Origin: Candidatus Fermentibacterota bacterium
GTDB lineage: Bacteria > Fermentibacterota > Fermentibacteria > Fermentibacterales > JCC-6
Direction of reading: 5' to 3'
NCBI GenBank assembly: GCA_963845085.1
Contig: CAWJQI010000001.1
Span: forward strand, 384,001-448,000
Length of the DNA stretch: 64,000 nucleotides
Each line of letters opens with the position of its first letter. The first letter of the stretch is position 1. The translations under genes and the position numbers were made by a program. Shown in pieces: positions 1-8,955 of this stretch. The notes beneath the pieces were generated by a model. It did not search any database. It had not been told where the DNA came from and was given only the letters and a program-made list of their open reading frames with translations.

Positions 1-332
1 CCGTTCAAAACCTGAGCGTCGATAAGGACACTGCTGGTGAACTTCTCTCCCCCGTGCACGACCCTGTGGCCGCAGGCCTTGATCTCGTCAAGCGATGCCA
101 GCGTACCGTAATCGGGGTGCGTGATCGTTTTGAGAAGAAGGTCAAGCCCCTGGCGGTGGTCGGGGATGGGCTGCTCCTGCCTTATACTCTGGGAATCCGC
201 CTCGAACCGGAGAACGCCCGATTCCTCGCCGATCCTCTCAAGCAGCCCCTTCCCGAGCATGGCGCCGTTTTCGCTGTCGATCACCTGGAACTTGATCGAT
301 GAACTTCCGCTGTTTATCACAAGAATTTTCAT
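1..332 (-). CDS. ackA: Acetate kinase, N-terminal part (runs off window)
   Basis: Not in the ORF track; manual translation from ATG at 332 gives MKILVINSGSSSIKFQ...ACGHRVVHGGEKFTSSV, both acetate kinase signature regions. Confidence 0.95.
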   Translation of the reverse strand, partial: MKILVINSGSSSIKFQVIDSENGAMLGKGLLERIGEESGVLRFEADSQSIRQEQPIPDHRQGLDLLLKTITHPDYGTLASLDEIKACGHRVVHGGEKFTSSVLIDAQVLN

Positions 333-391
333 TCCAATACCTTTCAGATGAAGCCGATGTATTTGGAAAAAGACCTAGAAAAATACCGGAA

Positions 392-1819
392 TCATTCCTG
401 ATCAGGCAAACCACCGGCCGCAGCCTGCCCGGGCCTTACCGCCATCATCGCGAACAAAACGCCGAAAAGAATCGTGAACCTGTAGTTCGTGACGGGTGAA
501 CCCAGCAGTGACGCGAACGCGAGCATGATGAATGAGGCGCAGGCGGCCAGAAGAACCGATTCCCGTCCCGGTTCCTTCTCACTCCTTGCAAGCCGGGCGG
601 ACTTCGCCATTCCGTGGGCGTAGAGGAACAGCAGGGAGAGCAGCCCGGGAATCCCCGCGTTCAGCAGGATCTGGAAGTAGGACCCGTCAACGAAGGGCAT
701 CGTGACGACCCGCATGTAATCGAACCGGAAGCAGGTTATCTCGAAGCCCATGCCCTTTCCAAGAAGAAGGCCCGCCGGGCTGCCGACCTGCCTGAGCACC
801 TCGATCCACGATGCGGCCCTCGCAAGGAATGAGGCGTCGGTGTAGTAACTGCCGGTCTCGGAACCCGTCCGCTGCATCACGTCCTCGATGCCGATGAACC
901 CCGTCGCCTCGAGGATGATGCCGGTGGAAAGGAAAAAGGAAACGCAGAGGATGATTATGCCGACGGTCTTCTTGATGGTCGCACCGGTGCCCCTGTTGCG
1001 GGCGTGAAGCAGGGTTGCCACGGTCCCGCCAAGCAGGATGCCGAACCAGAGCGCCCGCGTCTGGCTGAGCAGTATCGCGGCAAGCATCAGGATGGCGGAT
1101 GGAATTATGAGGAGATTGTTTGATCTCCGCGGCATGACCATGGTCCTGATGTAAAGGAACAACAGGCCGATGCCGACGGCATTGGCCTGCCTCGCCTGTA
1201 CCCGCAGCCCGGTGCTTCGGATGTAGACGAACTCGTCCGCCCTGAAATACCCTCTTAAAATGATGTTAACCGCTGCAATGACGCCGGCGACGATCAACAG
1301 GTCGGATAGATGGCCGGCGGCGGTGCGGTCGCGTGACAGGAGCCATGCTGCCGGAAAAAAGGCGAGGTAGCCGGGATAGTTCTTGAACATCGTGAGGGCC
1401 TGGCCGGCGTCGTTGCCCGAAGCGAGCCCCCAGACGAGTGATGCAAGGGTCACCCCGACCAATAACGTGATAAACCGTGATGTGGAGCCTGTTCTGACCC
1501 TCCCGCCGCCATCGGGGATACTCAAAAGCCACAGAAGCATGACCCACCAGAACAGAACATCGTCAAGCCTGGTCCTCATGGGACCCAGGTAGAAGTTGAC
1601 CAGATCGAGCTGCGTGTGCTCGAGGGAAATCTGCAGGCCGAGCAGGAGAACAAGCGCGCGTTTCGGATAGAACAGAGTGGTCAGAAGGACTGGAACGGCC
1701 GCCAACAGCAATGCAACGTACGGAAGAAGGCCGAGAAACATCCCGGCAAGGATGAGGAGAACCAGCACTCCCAGCCCGATTGAAAGCGATCTGTCCGGGT
1801 GCAGCGCCGTTTCCGTCAA
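392..1819 (-). CDS. O-antigen ligase/Wzy-like polytopic membrane protein
   Basis: Many hydrophobic segments, LLSQTRALW motif, G-x-G-x-G loop and D-x-x-Y..L..GIPG as in O-antigen ligase family proteins. Confidence 0.75.
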   Translation of the reverse strand: MTETALHPDRSLSIGLGVLVLLILAGMFLGLLPYVALLLAAVPVLLTTLFYPKRALVLLLGLQISLEHTQLDLVNFYLGPMRTRLDDVLFWWVMLLWLLSIPDGGGRVRTGSTSRFITLLVGVTLASLVWGLASGNDAGQALTMFKNYPGYLAFFPAAWLLSRDRTAAGHLSDLLIVAGVIAAVNIILRGYFRADEFVYIRSTGLRVQARQANAVGIGLLFLYIRTMVMPRRSNNLLIIPSAILMLAAILLSQTRALWFGILLGGTVATLLHARNRGTGATIKKTVGIIILCVSFFLSTGIILEATGFIGIEDVMQRTGSETGSYYTDASFLARAASWIEVLRQVGSPAGLLLGKGMGFEITCFRFDYMRVVTMPFVDGSYFQILLNAGIPGLLSLLFLYAHGMAKSARLARSEKEPGRESVLLAACASFIMLAFASLLGSPVTNYRFTILFGVLFAMMAVRPGQAAAGGLPDQE

Positions 1820-1820
1820 A

Positions 1821-3029
1821 CTAGGTCCTTATCGCCCGTGCGAGCTCGGCACCCATTCTCCTGCATTTCGCAAGATCATCAGGTGTGGGGGCGTAACGGA
1901 CCGCAACGGAGTCGGCGGCCCTGACGCACTTCCATCCTTCGAGCACCCTCTCGAGCGCGGGAACGGCCTCGCCGCTCCATCCGTGGCTGCCGAACGCTGC
2001 AGAGGCCCTTCCGTGGAACCTGAGACCCCCGAGGTATTCGATGTGATCGGCAATTACAGGGAAGAGCCCGTTGTTCAGAGTCGGCGAGCCGAGCGCCACT
2101 CCGCCCGCACCGAGCATCTCGGTGGCGACCACGCTTCTGTGAACGTTGCCGGCCTTCAGCACTTTCACCGGAATCCCTTCGCAGGCTGCCCCCTCGGCGA
2201 CCGCCCTTGCCATGATACCGGTGGAATTCCACATCGTGTCGAACAGGATAACCAGGCTGTCCCGGTTCTTCCCGAGAGCCCAGTCCTTCCAGAGAGAGAT
2301 CACCCATCCGGGCCCGGCTGCCGTCCCCTCGGTCCAGATGGGGCCGTGATCGGGCGCGATGATGGACGGGTGTATGCCGAGGCTCTCGACCCTTTCGAGA
2401 AGACCGGTCACCAGCTTCGAGAAAGGGTTGAGTATGTTGGCGTAGTACATGGCCGACTCCCTGCGGAGCAGGCAGGCATCGAGGTCGCATGCGAAAAGCC
2501 GGTCCGTCGCAAGGTGCATCCCGAAGGCGTCCTGGCTGAAGAGGATGTTGCGGTCGGGCATGAAGGTGAACATGCTGTCGGGCCAGTGAAGCATCCTGGT
2601 TTCGAGGAATGAGAACCGGTTGTCTCCGATCTCCAGGGTTCCGCCGTTCTCCACCGCCTCGGGCCGGAGCGGCAGTGAGTGGAAATAGGCCATGAGGTTT
2701 TCGACACCGGCTTTCGACGCCAGCAGACGCTTCGGCCGGAACGATTCAAGAACGGCCGGAAGGGCTCCGGTGTGATCCGGTTCGGAATGGTTGCTTATGA
2801 CAACGTCCACCCTGTCGGTAATGGATGCAATCCTCCCGAGAAGTTCGTCTTTGAAGGGAGCTTTCACCGTGTCGATCAGAATGTTCTGCTCCCCGGTGAC
2901 AAGAAACGCGTTGTAGGTAGACCCGCATGACGTTTCATAGCCGTGGAAATCCCTCACATCCCAGTCGACGGCGCCGACCCAGTGGATTCCGGGTGCTATT
3001 TCCCGGGCGCGGAAGCAGCTCTCAGGCAT
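1821..3029 (-). CDS. fprA: Flavodiiron protein (FprA, metallo-beta-lactamase + flavodoxin)
   Basis: HWVGAVDWDVRDFHGY, NHSEPDH, LHWPDSM, FSQDAFG and APDHGP motifs plus C-terminal flavodoxin (GSPT, FGSHGWSGEA). Confidence 0.93.
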   Translation of the reverse strand: MPESCFRAREIAPGIHWVGAVDWDVRDFHGYETSCGSTYNAFLVTGEQNILIDTVKAPFKDELLGRIASITDRVDVVISNHSEPDHTGALPAVLESFRPKRLLASKAGVENLMAYFHSLPLRPEAVENGGTLEIGDNRFSFLETRMLHWPDSMFTFMPDRNILFSQDAFGMHLATDRLFACDLDACLLRRESAMYYANILNPFSKLVTGLLERVESLGIHPSIIAPDHGPIWTEGTAAGPGWVISLWKDWALGKNRDSLVILFDTMWNSTGIMARAVAEGAACEGIPVKVLKAGNVHRSVVATEMLGAGGVALGSPTLNNGLFPVIADHIEYLGGLRFHGRASAAFGSHGWSGEAVPALERVLEGWKCVRAADSVAVRYAPTPDDLAKCRRMGAELARAIRT

Positions 3030-3518
3030 TCATTCCCCCCTGACAAGACCCGCCACACATGGCGATGAGACCTCGGCCACCCACTCCAGGAAACGGCGGT
3101 CATTGCTGTCGAAACCGTCCCGCATGTGGCTGTCGAGGTCGAGTTCTCCAATGAACCTGCAGCCCTGGAAAACGGGAACCACGATTTCGCTTTTTACCTT
3201 CGGGCTGCATGAGAGGTAGTTTTCCTGCGTACCCACATCACCGACGATGAAGGTCTGAAGCGACTCAGCGGCCTGGCCGCAGATCCCCTGGCCGAAGGCG
3301 ATGCTGACGTGCTCGGTGGGCTCACCGCTGAACGGGCCCAGCCTCAGTTTCCGCTCATGGGATGGATCGACCAGGTAGAAGCCGGCCCAGTCGTAACCCG
3401 GTATCGCGGCCAAAATATCGCACACCCTTTGAAGCCTGTCCCGGTCGCTTCCCTCTTCCGAAATGCCGAGGTCTATCTCGGCCATCGTGTTCCGAAGCAG
3501 CGACAGTCTTTCGTTCAT
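3030..3518 (-). CDS. msrC: GAF-domain protein, free methionine-(R)-sulfoxide reductase-like
   Basis: WAGFY..LGPFSG..I.FGQGICG..YLSC..KSEIVVP..GELDLDS pattern; start taken at MNERL. Confidence 0.75.
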   Translation of the reverse strand: MNERLSLLRNTMAEIDLGISEEGSDRDRLQRVCDILAAIPGYDWAGFYLVDPSHERKLRLGPFSGEPTEHVSIAFGQGICGQAAESLQTFIVGDVGTQENYLSCSPKVKSEIVVPVFQGCRFIGELDLDSHMRDGFDSNDRRFLEWVAEVSSPCVAGLVRGE

Positions 3519-3868
3519 TCCCCGTCTTCCTCCGAGAGCTTTTCCCAAAGGGCGGCAGCCCTTCTCAGATGGGGAACGGTGATGGTTCCGGCCACCACCG
3601 TTCCAACACCCAGGGCTTCCATCACCTCTGCGGTGGGGATTCCCAGTTCATGGCAGCGGTGAATATGCCACGAAATGCAGTCGTCGCAACGAAGCACAAG
3701 CGATGCCACAAGGCCGAGAAGCTCCTTCGTGGCCGCGGGCAGCGCACCGTCACGGTACGCGAGGGCGTCGACCGAATAGACCCTTCTGATCACCTGGTCG
3801 GCGTTTCTCAGGACAGCCTCGTTGAGGGCTTTCCTCTCCTCAAGAAAACTCCGCCCGCCGCCTTCCAT
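3515..3868 (-). CDS. Carboxymuconolactone decarboxylase/AhpD-family protein
   Basis: GALPAATKELLGLVASLVLRCDDCISWH with CxxC; start at MEGGG (3868). Confidence 0.88.
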   Translation of the reverse strand: MEGGGRSFLEERKALNEAVLRNADQVIRRVYSVDALAYRDGALPAATKELLGLVASLVLRCDDCISWHIHRCHELGIPTAEVMEALGVGTVVAGTITVPHLRRAAALWEKLSEEDGE

Positions 3869-3873
3869 GGTCG

Positions 3874-4395
3874 TTACTTCCCGGCCAGGATCGCCGCCTG
3901 GACGTAAACCCTCGCGGCGAGTTCGCGGTCCATCATGAACAGACCGCCGCCGCCGGACTTGTCGACGAGGTTGAGCTTCTGGATGAGTACCTCGGCATTG
4001 GCCTCCTCCTCCACCTGTTCGGCCACGTACCACTGAAGGAAGTTGGCCGATGCGTGGTCTTTCGCGGCCTGTGCCGTCTCGAGAAGATGGCCGATGCTCG
4101 CAGTGATGAAGCGCTCGTGCGCAAGTACCGCCTCGAAGGCCGCCAGGGGCGAAGCCCACACGCCGTCGGGTTTTGCCACGGCATCAAGGCTCACGGTGGC
4201 GCCGCGCGCAAGCATGTGGTTGAAGAGCCCCATCGCATGGTCCCTCTCCTCCTGGGCCTGAACCCTCATCCAGTTCGCAAAGCCCGAGAGCCCGAGGCCC
4301 TCGAACCATGCGGCCATGGAGAGGTAGAGGTATGCACTGAACAGCTCCCTGTTGATCTGCCCGTTCATCTCCCCCGCCACGGTTTCCTTCATCAT
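3874..4395 (-). CDS. ftnA: Non-haem ferritin
   Basis: QINRELFSAYLYLSM, QAQEERDHA, FLQWYVAEQVEEE ferroxidase residues. Confidence 0.93.
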   Translation of the reverse strand: MMKETVAGEMNGQINRELFSAYLYLSMAAWFEGLGLSGFANWMRVQAQEERDHAMGLFNHMLARGATVSLDAVAKPDGVWASPLAAFEAVLAHERFITASIGHLLETAQAAKDHASANFLQWYVAEQVEEEANAEVLIQKLNLVDKSGGGGLFMMDRELAARVYVQAAILAGK

Positions 4396-4397
4396 GA

Positions 4398-4784
4398 TTA
4401 TCGCCTCCAGAGGCCGTGGACGTTGCAGTATTCCCTGGCTGCCGTCACGTCGGCCAGTCTGATCGGGAAGAAGGCCTCGGGAGCTGCGCCGGGGGCGAGT
4501 TCGGTCCGGTAGACCCTGTTCGCGGTGTGGACCTCGACCCACTCTATGAAATGGGCCTCAACCATCGGATGCGGAACGCTTCCAACCTTGAGAAGGACCC
4601 CGCCTTCTGTCTCCACGAGTACCGGAACATGCTTCTCGGTAGTGCTGTCGGCGGTAAGCTCGGGCAAAAGCTTCATGGGCTGTCCGCAGCAGACCAGCTC
4701 GCCCGCGCCCGGATGAAGCATCTCGACGATGTTGCCGCAGAGTTCGCACCTGTAAACCTGTCTTTTCTGTGTCATTTCTGCCAC
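4398..4784 (-). CDS. dfx: Desulfoferrodoxin / superoxide reductase
   Basis: [39 protein letters not shown]. Confidence 0.95.
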   Translation of the reverse strand: MAEMTQKRQVYRCELCGNIVEMLHPGAGELVCCGQPMKLLPELTADSTTEKHVPVLVETEGGVLLKVGSVPHPMVEAHFIEWVEVHTANRVYRTELAPGAAPEAFFPIRLADVTAAREYCNVHGLWRR

Positions 4785-4787
4785 CTC

Positions 4788-5360
4788 CTACCAGTTTGTC
4801 GGGGCAAGCTCGAAATAGTCCTGGGGATGATTGCACGCGGGGCAGAGCTTCGGCGCATCTTTGCCTGTGTGCACGTATCCGCAGTTTCTGCATCGCCACA
4901 GCGCTTTTTCGGGCCTGCTCCAGACAATGTTCTTCGCAATGTTGTCCGCGAGCTTCCTGTAGCGCTCGCCATGGAACTTCTCGGCCACGGAGATGCTCTC
5001 GAAGACCGCCGCGATCTCTGAGAAGCCTTCCTCCCTCGCGATCCGGGCAAAGTCGGGGTACATCGATCCCCATTCGTGTTCCTCGCCCTCGGCGGCCGCA
5101 GTGAGGTTGGCAAGGGTGCCGCCAATGACGCCCGCCGGGAAGGCTGCCGAAATCATGGCATCCCCGCCCTCGAGGAACTTGAAGAATCTTTTCGCGTGTT
5201 CCTTCTCCTGGTCGGCCGTTTCAAGGAAAACGGCTTCGATCTGCCTGAAGCCCTCCTTGCCGGCGGCGGATGCGAAATACGTGTACCTGTTCCTCGCCTG
5301 GGACTCACCGGCGAAAGCGGTGAGAAGGTTCCTTTCGGTCTTCGTTCCCTTCAGTGCCAT
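4788..5360 (-). CDS. rbr: Rubrerythrin
   Basis: NLLTAFAGESQARNRY, EKEHAKRF, C-terminal WRCRNCGY..CPACNHP rubredoxin-like domain. Confidence 0.96.
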   Translation of the reverse strand: MALKGTKTERNLLTAFAGESQARNRYTYFASAAGKEGFRQIEAVFLETADQEKEHAKRFFKFLEGGDAMISAAFPAGVIGGTLANLTAAAEGEEHEWGSMYPDFARIAREEGFSEIAAVFESISVAEKFHGERYRKLADNIAKNIVWSRPEKALWRCRNCGYVHTGKDAPKLCPACNHPQDYFELAPTNW

Positions 5361-5377
5361 CTTTCACTCCTTTCTTA

Positions 5378-6958
5378 TTAAGAATCATTCTTATTATTGA
5401 CAGCGAAACCCGTTTCGTCAACCCTTGAAACAACCATCATTGTGACGTCATCGGTGTGGGGTTCACCGCCGACCCAGGTATCAAGCAGGTCGGCAACGGT
5501 TGAGATCAGTTCGCCTGCACGTGCCGACCTGTGGCTGACCAGGGCGTTCCTCAGCCTTTCCGGGCCGAAGGGTTCCTCGTCGAGCGGGCTGAAGACATCG
5601 GTCACCCCGTCGGTGAATGCCACAAAGCGGCAACCCGGTTCCATCCTCACCTCTCCGCACCTGTAAGGGGCGTCCGGGTTGATCCCGAGCACCAGCCCAC
5701 CCTGATCGGGTCTTTCCACAGTGCCGTCGGAATGGAACACCATGGGCGGATCATGCCCCGCGCTGCAGTACTCGAGGCGTCCGTCGAGACTGGAGAGGAC
5801 CGCGAGGAACATTGTGATGAATGAACCTTCCGGGACCTGTGAGCAGACAAGCCGGTTCAATAGCGCGATGAGCTCGGGAAGCTCGTTCTTCCCAAGCAGC
5901 AGGCTTCTGAGGCTTGCCTGAAGCCCGGCCATCAGGATGGAGGCGGCGGCCCCCTTGCCTGCTACATCGGCGATGGCGATGGCCGTTCTGTCGTTGTCGA
6001 GGGGGATGACATCGTAATAGTCCCCGCCGACCACGCTGCACGGGATGTTCATCGCCGCTATCTCGTAGCCCGGCGGCTGGTGGATCTCCTTCGGAAACAG
6101 CTGCTGCTGAATCTCCCGCGCGAGGTCAAGTTCACGTTGAAGCCTTTCCAGTTCCAGCTTCTCGCCGAACAACCTTGCGTTGTGAAAGGCCTGTGCGATC
6201 TGTCGCGCAAAACTGTCGAAAAGCCCGCGGGTGTGGTCTATGAACCTGAAGGACTTGCTGCTCGCAGCCAGAAGGAGCCCGAGGTGCTCACCCCTGACCT
6301 CGACCTGGGAGGCCATCAGAGAGCCGATCCTGCCCTTGCCGCTGAAAAGCCTTTCGAGCGATGTGCGCCTGTAGTTGTTGAAGAGAAGACCCCTGCCGGT
6401 CGCATCCAGTCTGCCGGAGAGGAACCTGTGCCATTCCGGGGGGATCTCACTCGAAAAGTCCACCCCGTCGCCGTACCAGGCGCCGGGAAAACCTGACGAA
6501 TCGCCCTCGGGAACGATCCAGCAGCAGTCGGCGCCGGTCAGCCTCCTGCCGAGCCTGGTGGCCGCTGTTGCAAGCTGACCCGGCTCGAAACTTGAATGGA
6601 GGCTGTGGCTGAGGTCCTGCAGGGTGTTCAGTTCGCTGTACCGTTTGTCCAGAAGCCTTGCGCCCGGCATGTGAAGCAGAATGGTGAGAAAGCTGCCGTA
6701 CCCGTAGACGGTGAGGAGCAGCGCGGCAGTTCCGACAAGGGTGTTCACCGTGTCGAGCCCGTACCCGGGCATGCCTTCGGTGATGCACACCGTCATTACC
6801 CTTCGTGAGAATTCGCCGAAAAGAAGCGCTCCCGCCATTGCGAAGAGCCTGCTCCCCCGGTTGAGGTAATGGATCCACCTCTGACAGCATGCCGTCACCA
6901 GTGCCGCAAGGAAGACAAAGAGAAACGAGAGGTTCACCGGATTGTTGATCACCGTCAC
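5378..6958 (-). CDS. Membrane-anchored GAF + PP2C/SpoIIE (RsbU-like) Ser/Thr phosphatase
   Basis: VGGDYYD, IADVAGKG, AGHDPP, FTDGVTD, DDVT phosphatase motifs; GAF region and N-terminal TM helices. Confidence 0.9.
   Translation of the reverse strand: MTVINNPVNLSFLFVFLAALVTACCQRWIHYLNRGSRLFAMAGALLFGEFSRRVMTVCITEGMPGYGLDTVNTLVGTAALLLTVYGYGSFLTILLHMPGARLLDKRYSELNTLQDLSHSLHSSFEPGQLATAATRLGRRLTGADCCWIVPEGDSSGFPGAWYGDGVDFSSEIPPEWHRFLSGRLDATGRGLLFNNYRRTSLERLFSGKGRIGSLMASQVEVRGEHLGLLLAASSKSFRFIDHTRGLFDSFARQIAQAFHNARLFGEKLELERLQRELDLAREIQQQLFPKEIHQPPGYEIAAMNIPCSVVGGDYYDVIPLDNDRTAIAIADVAGKGAAASILMAGLQASLRSLLLGKNELPELIALLNRLVCSQVPEGSFITMFLAVLSSLDGRLEYCSAGHDPPMVFHSDGTVERPDQGGLVLGINPDAPYRCGEVRMEPGCRFVAFTDGVTDVFSPLDEEPFGPERLRNALVSHRSARAGELISTVADLLDTWVGGEPHTDDVTMMVVSRVDETGFAVNNKNDS
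5379..5421 (-). promoter_or_regulatory. Sigma70-like promoter overlapped by a 7-1-7 Fur/PerR-type inverted repeat, upstream of rbr
   Basis: Minus strand TTGACG (5421-5416), 17 bp spacer, AATAAT (5398-5393); perfect palindrome TAAGAAT-N-ATTCTTA at 5379-5393; RBS AAAGGAG downstream. Confidence 0.7.
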
Positions 6959-7662
6959 AAGGAACGCTGAGCCCCCCCGACGGACATCATCGCGGAATGG
7001 ATGAATACGGCCGCCACCCCGATCCAGTAGATGGCGTGGGTGGGGCCGGTCCTGTCAACCATCACAAGCCCCTCCAGAAGCGCAAGCATCGTCAACAGGG
7101 CTCCGAGCGATACGAGCATCCCGATCGAAGAGAACCTTCCCGCGCCCCTCAGGGTATCGTTCGAGAGCGGTTCCACTCGGTCTGACTCCACGGTGCTCGC
7201 ACCCGAAACAGTTCCGATGATGACTCCGAGCGTGGCTCCCGTGGCATCCCCCAGGGAGTTCAGAACAGCCCCCCCCGGACCGGGCAGCTCCAGAGAGACC
7301 ATTCCTCTCACCGACTGGGCGTTCTTCATCGCGGCCTCGGCGACCGCCTCCCTGTTCAGGGAGCGCAAAAGTCTCAGCCTGTCGCCCTCGACACCGCTGC
7401 TTCCGATGGTCCCGCTGGCAACGAGCACAACGGCGCCCCAGGCAACGCCGGACAGGGCGAGCAGCAGCCCGAGCCTGCGCGAAATGCTCAGCTCACGGGT
7501 GAAGGACCGCACCGAGAAAAGAAACACCGCGCCGGACAGGATGCAGAGACATCCTGAAACCCTTGTCAGGGTGGACCATGGCGGCAGGATCGCCGAGGGC
7601 AGGGCAAGCAGCCCGGCGAAAACAAGAAGAGCTGTGGTTGCTGGTATCCTGCCCCTGCTCAA
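6955..7662 (-). CDS. Hypothetical membrane protein (possibly the N-terminal part of the adjacent phosphatase)
   Basis: Several hydrophobic segments; overlaps both neighbours by 4 nt. Confidence 0.6.
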   Translation of the reverse strand: MSRGRIPATTALLVFAGLLALPSAILPPWSTLTRVSGCLCILSGAVFLFSVRSFTRELSISRRLGLLLALSGVAWGAVVLVASGTIGSSGVEGDRLRLLRSLNREAVAEAAMKNAQSVRGMVSLELPGPGGAVLNSLGDATGATLGVIIGTVSGASTVESDRVEPLSNDTLRGAGRFSSIGMLVSLGALLTMLALLEGLVMVDRTGPTHAIYWIGVAAVFIHSAMMSVGGAQRSL

Positions 7663-8954
7663 ACGTTCTCCCTCAGAAAGGTGGAATGTTCTTCAATGCC
7701 TCCCATGCGGGTTTCCCCGGTGAGCATGTTCTTGAGCCCGAGAACTCCCGTGGCCGCCTCGGAAGGCCCGACAACGAGCACCCAGGGGTAATTCTCCCGG
7801 GAGGCCTGCTGGAACTGCTTTGCGACCTTCCGTCCGGATATGTCCACCACGGTGGGGATGCCACAGCTTCTGAACCCTTCGCCCAGTTTCAGGGCGTGGG
7901 CAAGTTCATCCCTGGAGAAGACGGCGATGAACAGACGCGCCGGGGGAGCTTTGTCAAGATCGGGGGGCAGGCATCCGTAGGTTTCCAGAAAAAGTGTGAG
8001 GGCGAGGACTCCAAGCCCGAACCCGACACCCGAAATGGCCCTTCCCTCGAACATCCCCACGAGGTTGTCGTACCTTCCTCCGCCGCACAGGGCCCTTCTG
8101 TTCTCACCGCCGGTATCCGTAAGCTCGAACACAATCCCGGTGTAGTAGTCGAGCCCCCGCACGACGGAGGGGCAGAACTCTGCGGACTGCATGCCCGAAG
8201 CCGCAACGAGCCCGGCGAAATCCCGCACCTCGGCAAGCTCGGGACGGCCTGCGAGAAGATCGGAAAGAAACGGGTCGCCCGGGTCCTTCACTTCGCAGAG
8301 CCGTTTCACACCCTCAGCCGTCGCGGTCGAGCCGAACGCGCCAGTGAGCATGTCGAACCACTCCTCCGGCGCTGTCTTGTCCCTGCGGTCAAGCACGCCG
8401 AAGGCTCCGGCAGCATCCGTGACTCCCAGGGCTGAGAGGGCCGCAGAGGCGAACCTTCTGCTGCTCCACCTGACCCTGTACTTGTCCGACGAGACACCCA
8501 GCCGTTTCATCATGCGGTCGAGCACGAGGAAGATCTCGAGTTCGGCCCCTGGAGCATCGGCTCCGAGGATGTCGAGGTTGAACTGGAGGAACTCCCTTAC
8601 CCTGCCGCGCTGTGGTCTTTCATGGCGGTAGCAGAGGGGCATCGACATCCACCGTACCGGCAGGTGCATCTCACCGCGAGCCGCCACCATCCTTGCCAGG
8701 GTGGGAGTCAGCTCGGGTCTCATGACGACCTTGCGCCCCCCCCTGTCGGTGAACCAGTAGCTCTGCTTTTCTACAAGCTCTCCGCCGCTTTTCGCCTCGA
8801 ACAGCGAGAACGGTTCGAGAACCGGGCCGTCGTATTCCTGAAAACCCGACATCGCCCCCGCTTCGAGCAGCACTCGGCAGACGTGCCGCTCAACAAGGAG
8901 CTCCTCGGGATACCTTTGGCGCATTCCCGTGAGTGGGTTGGTGGATGGGGTCAA
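7659..8954 (-). CDS. hisS: Histidyl-tRNA synthetase
   Basis: MRPELTPTLARM, YRHERPQRGRVREFLQ, VRGLDYYTG, GGGRYDNL and anticodon-binding domain; start assumed at TTG 8954. Confidence 0.95.
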   Translation of the reverse strand: MTPSTNPLTGMRQRYPEELLVERHVCRVLLEAGAMSGFQEYDGPVLEPFSLFEAKSGGELVEKQSYWFTDRGGRKVVMRPELTPTLARMVAARGEMHLPVRWMSMPLCYRHERPQRGRVREFLQFNLDILGADAPGAELEIFLVLDRMMKRLGVSSDKYRVRWSSRRFASAALSALGVTDAAGAFGVLDRRDKTAPEEWFDMLTGAFGSTATAEGVKRLCEVKDPGDPFLSDLLAGRPELAEVRDFAGLVAASGMQSAEFCPSVVRGLDYYTGIVFELTDTGGENRRALCGGGRYDNLVGMFEGRAISGVGFGLGVLALTLFLETYGCLPPDLDKAPPARLFIAVFSRDELAHALKLGEGFRSCGIPTVVDISGRKVAKQFQQASRENYPWVLVVGPSEAATGVLGLKNMLTGETRMGGIEEHSTFLRENV

Positions 8955-8955
8955 C

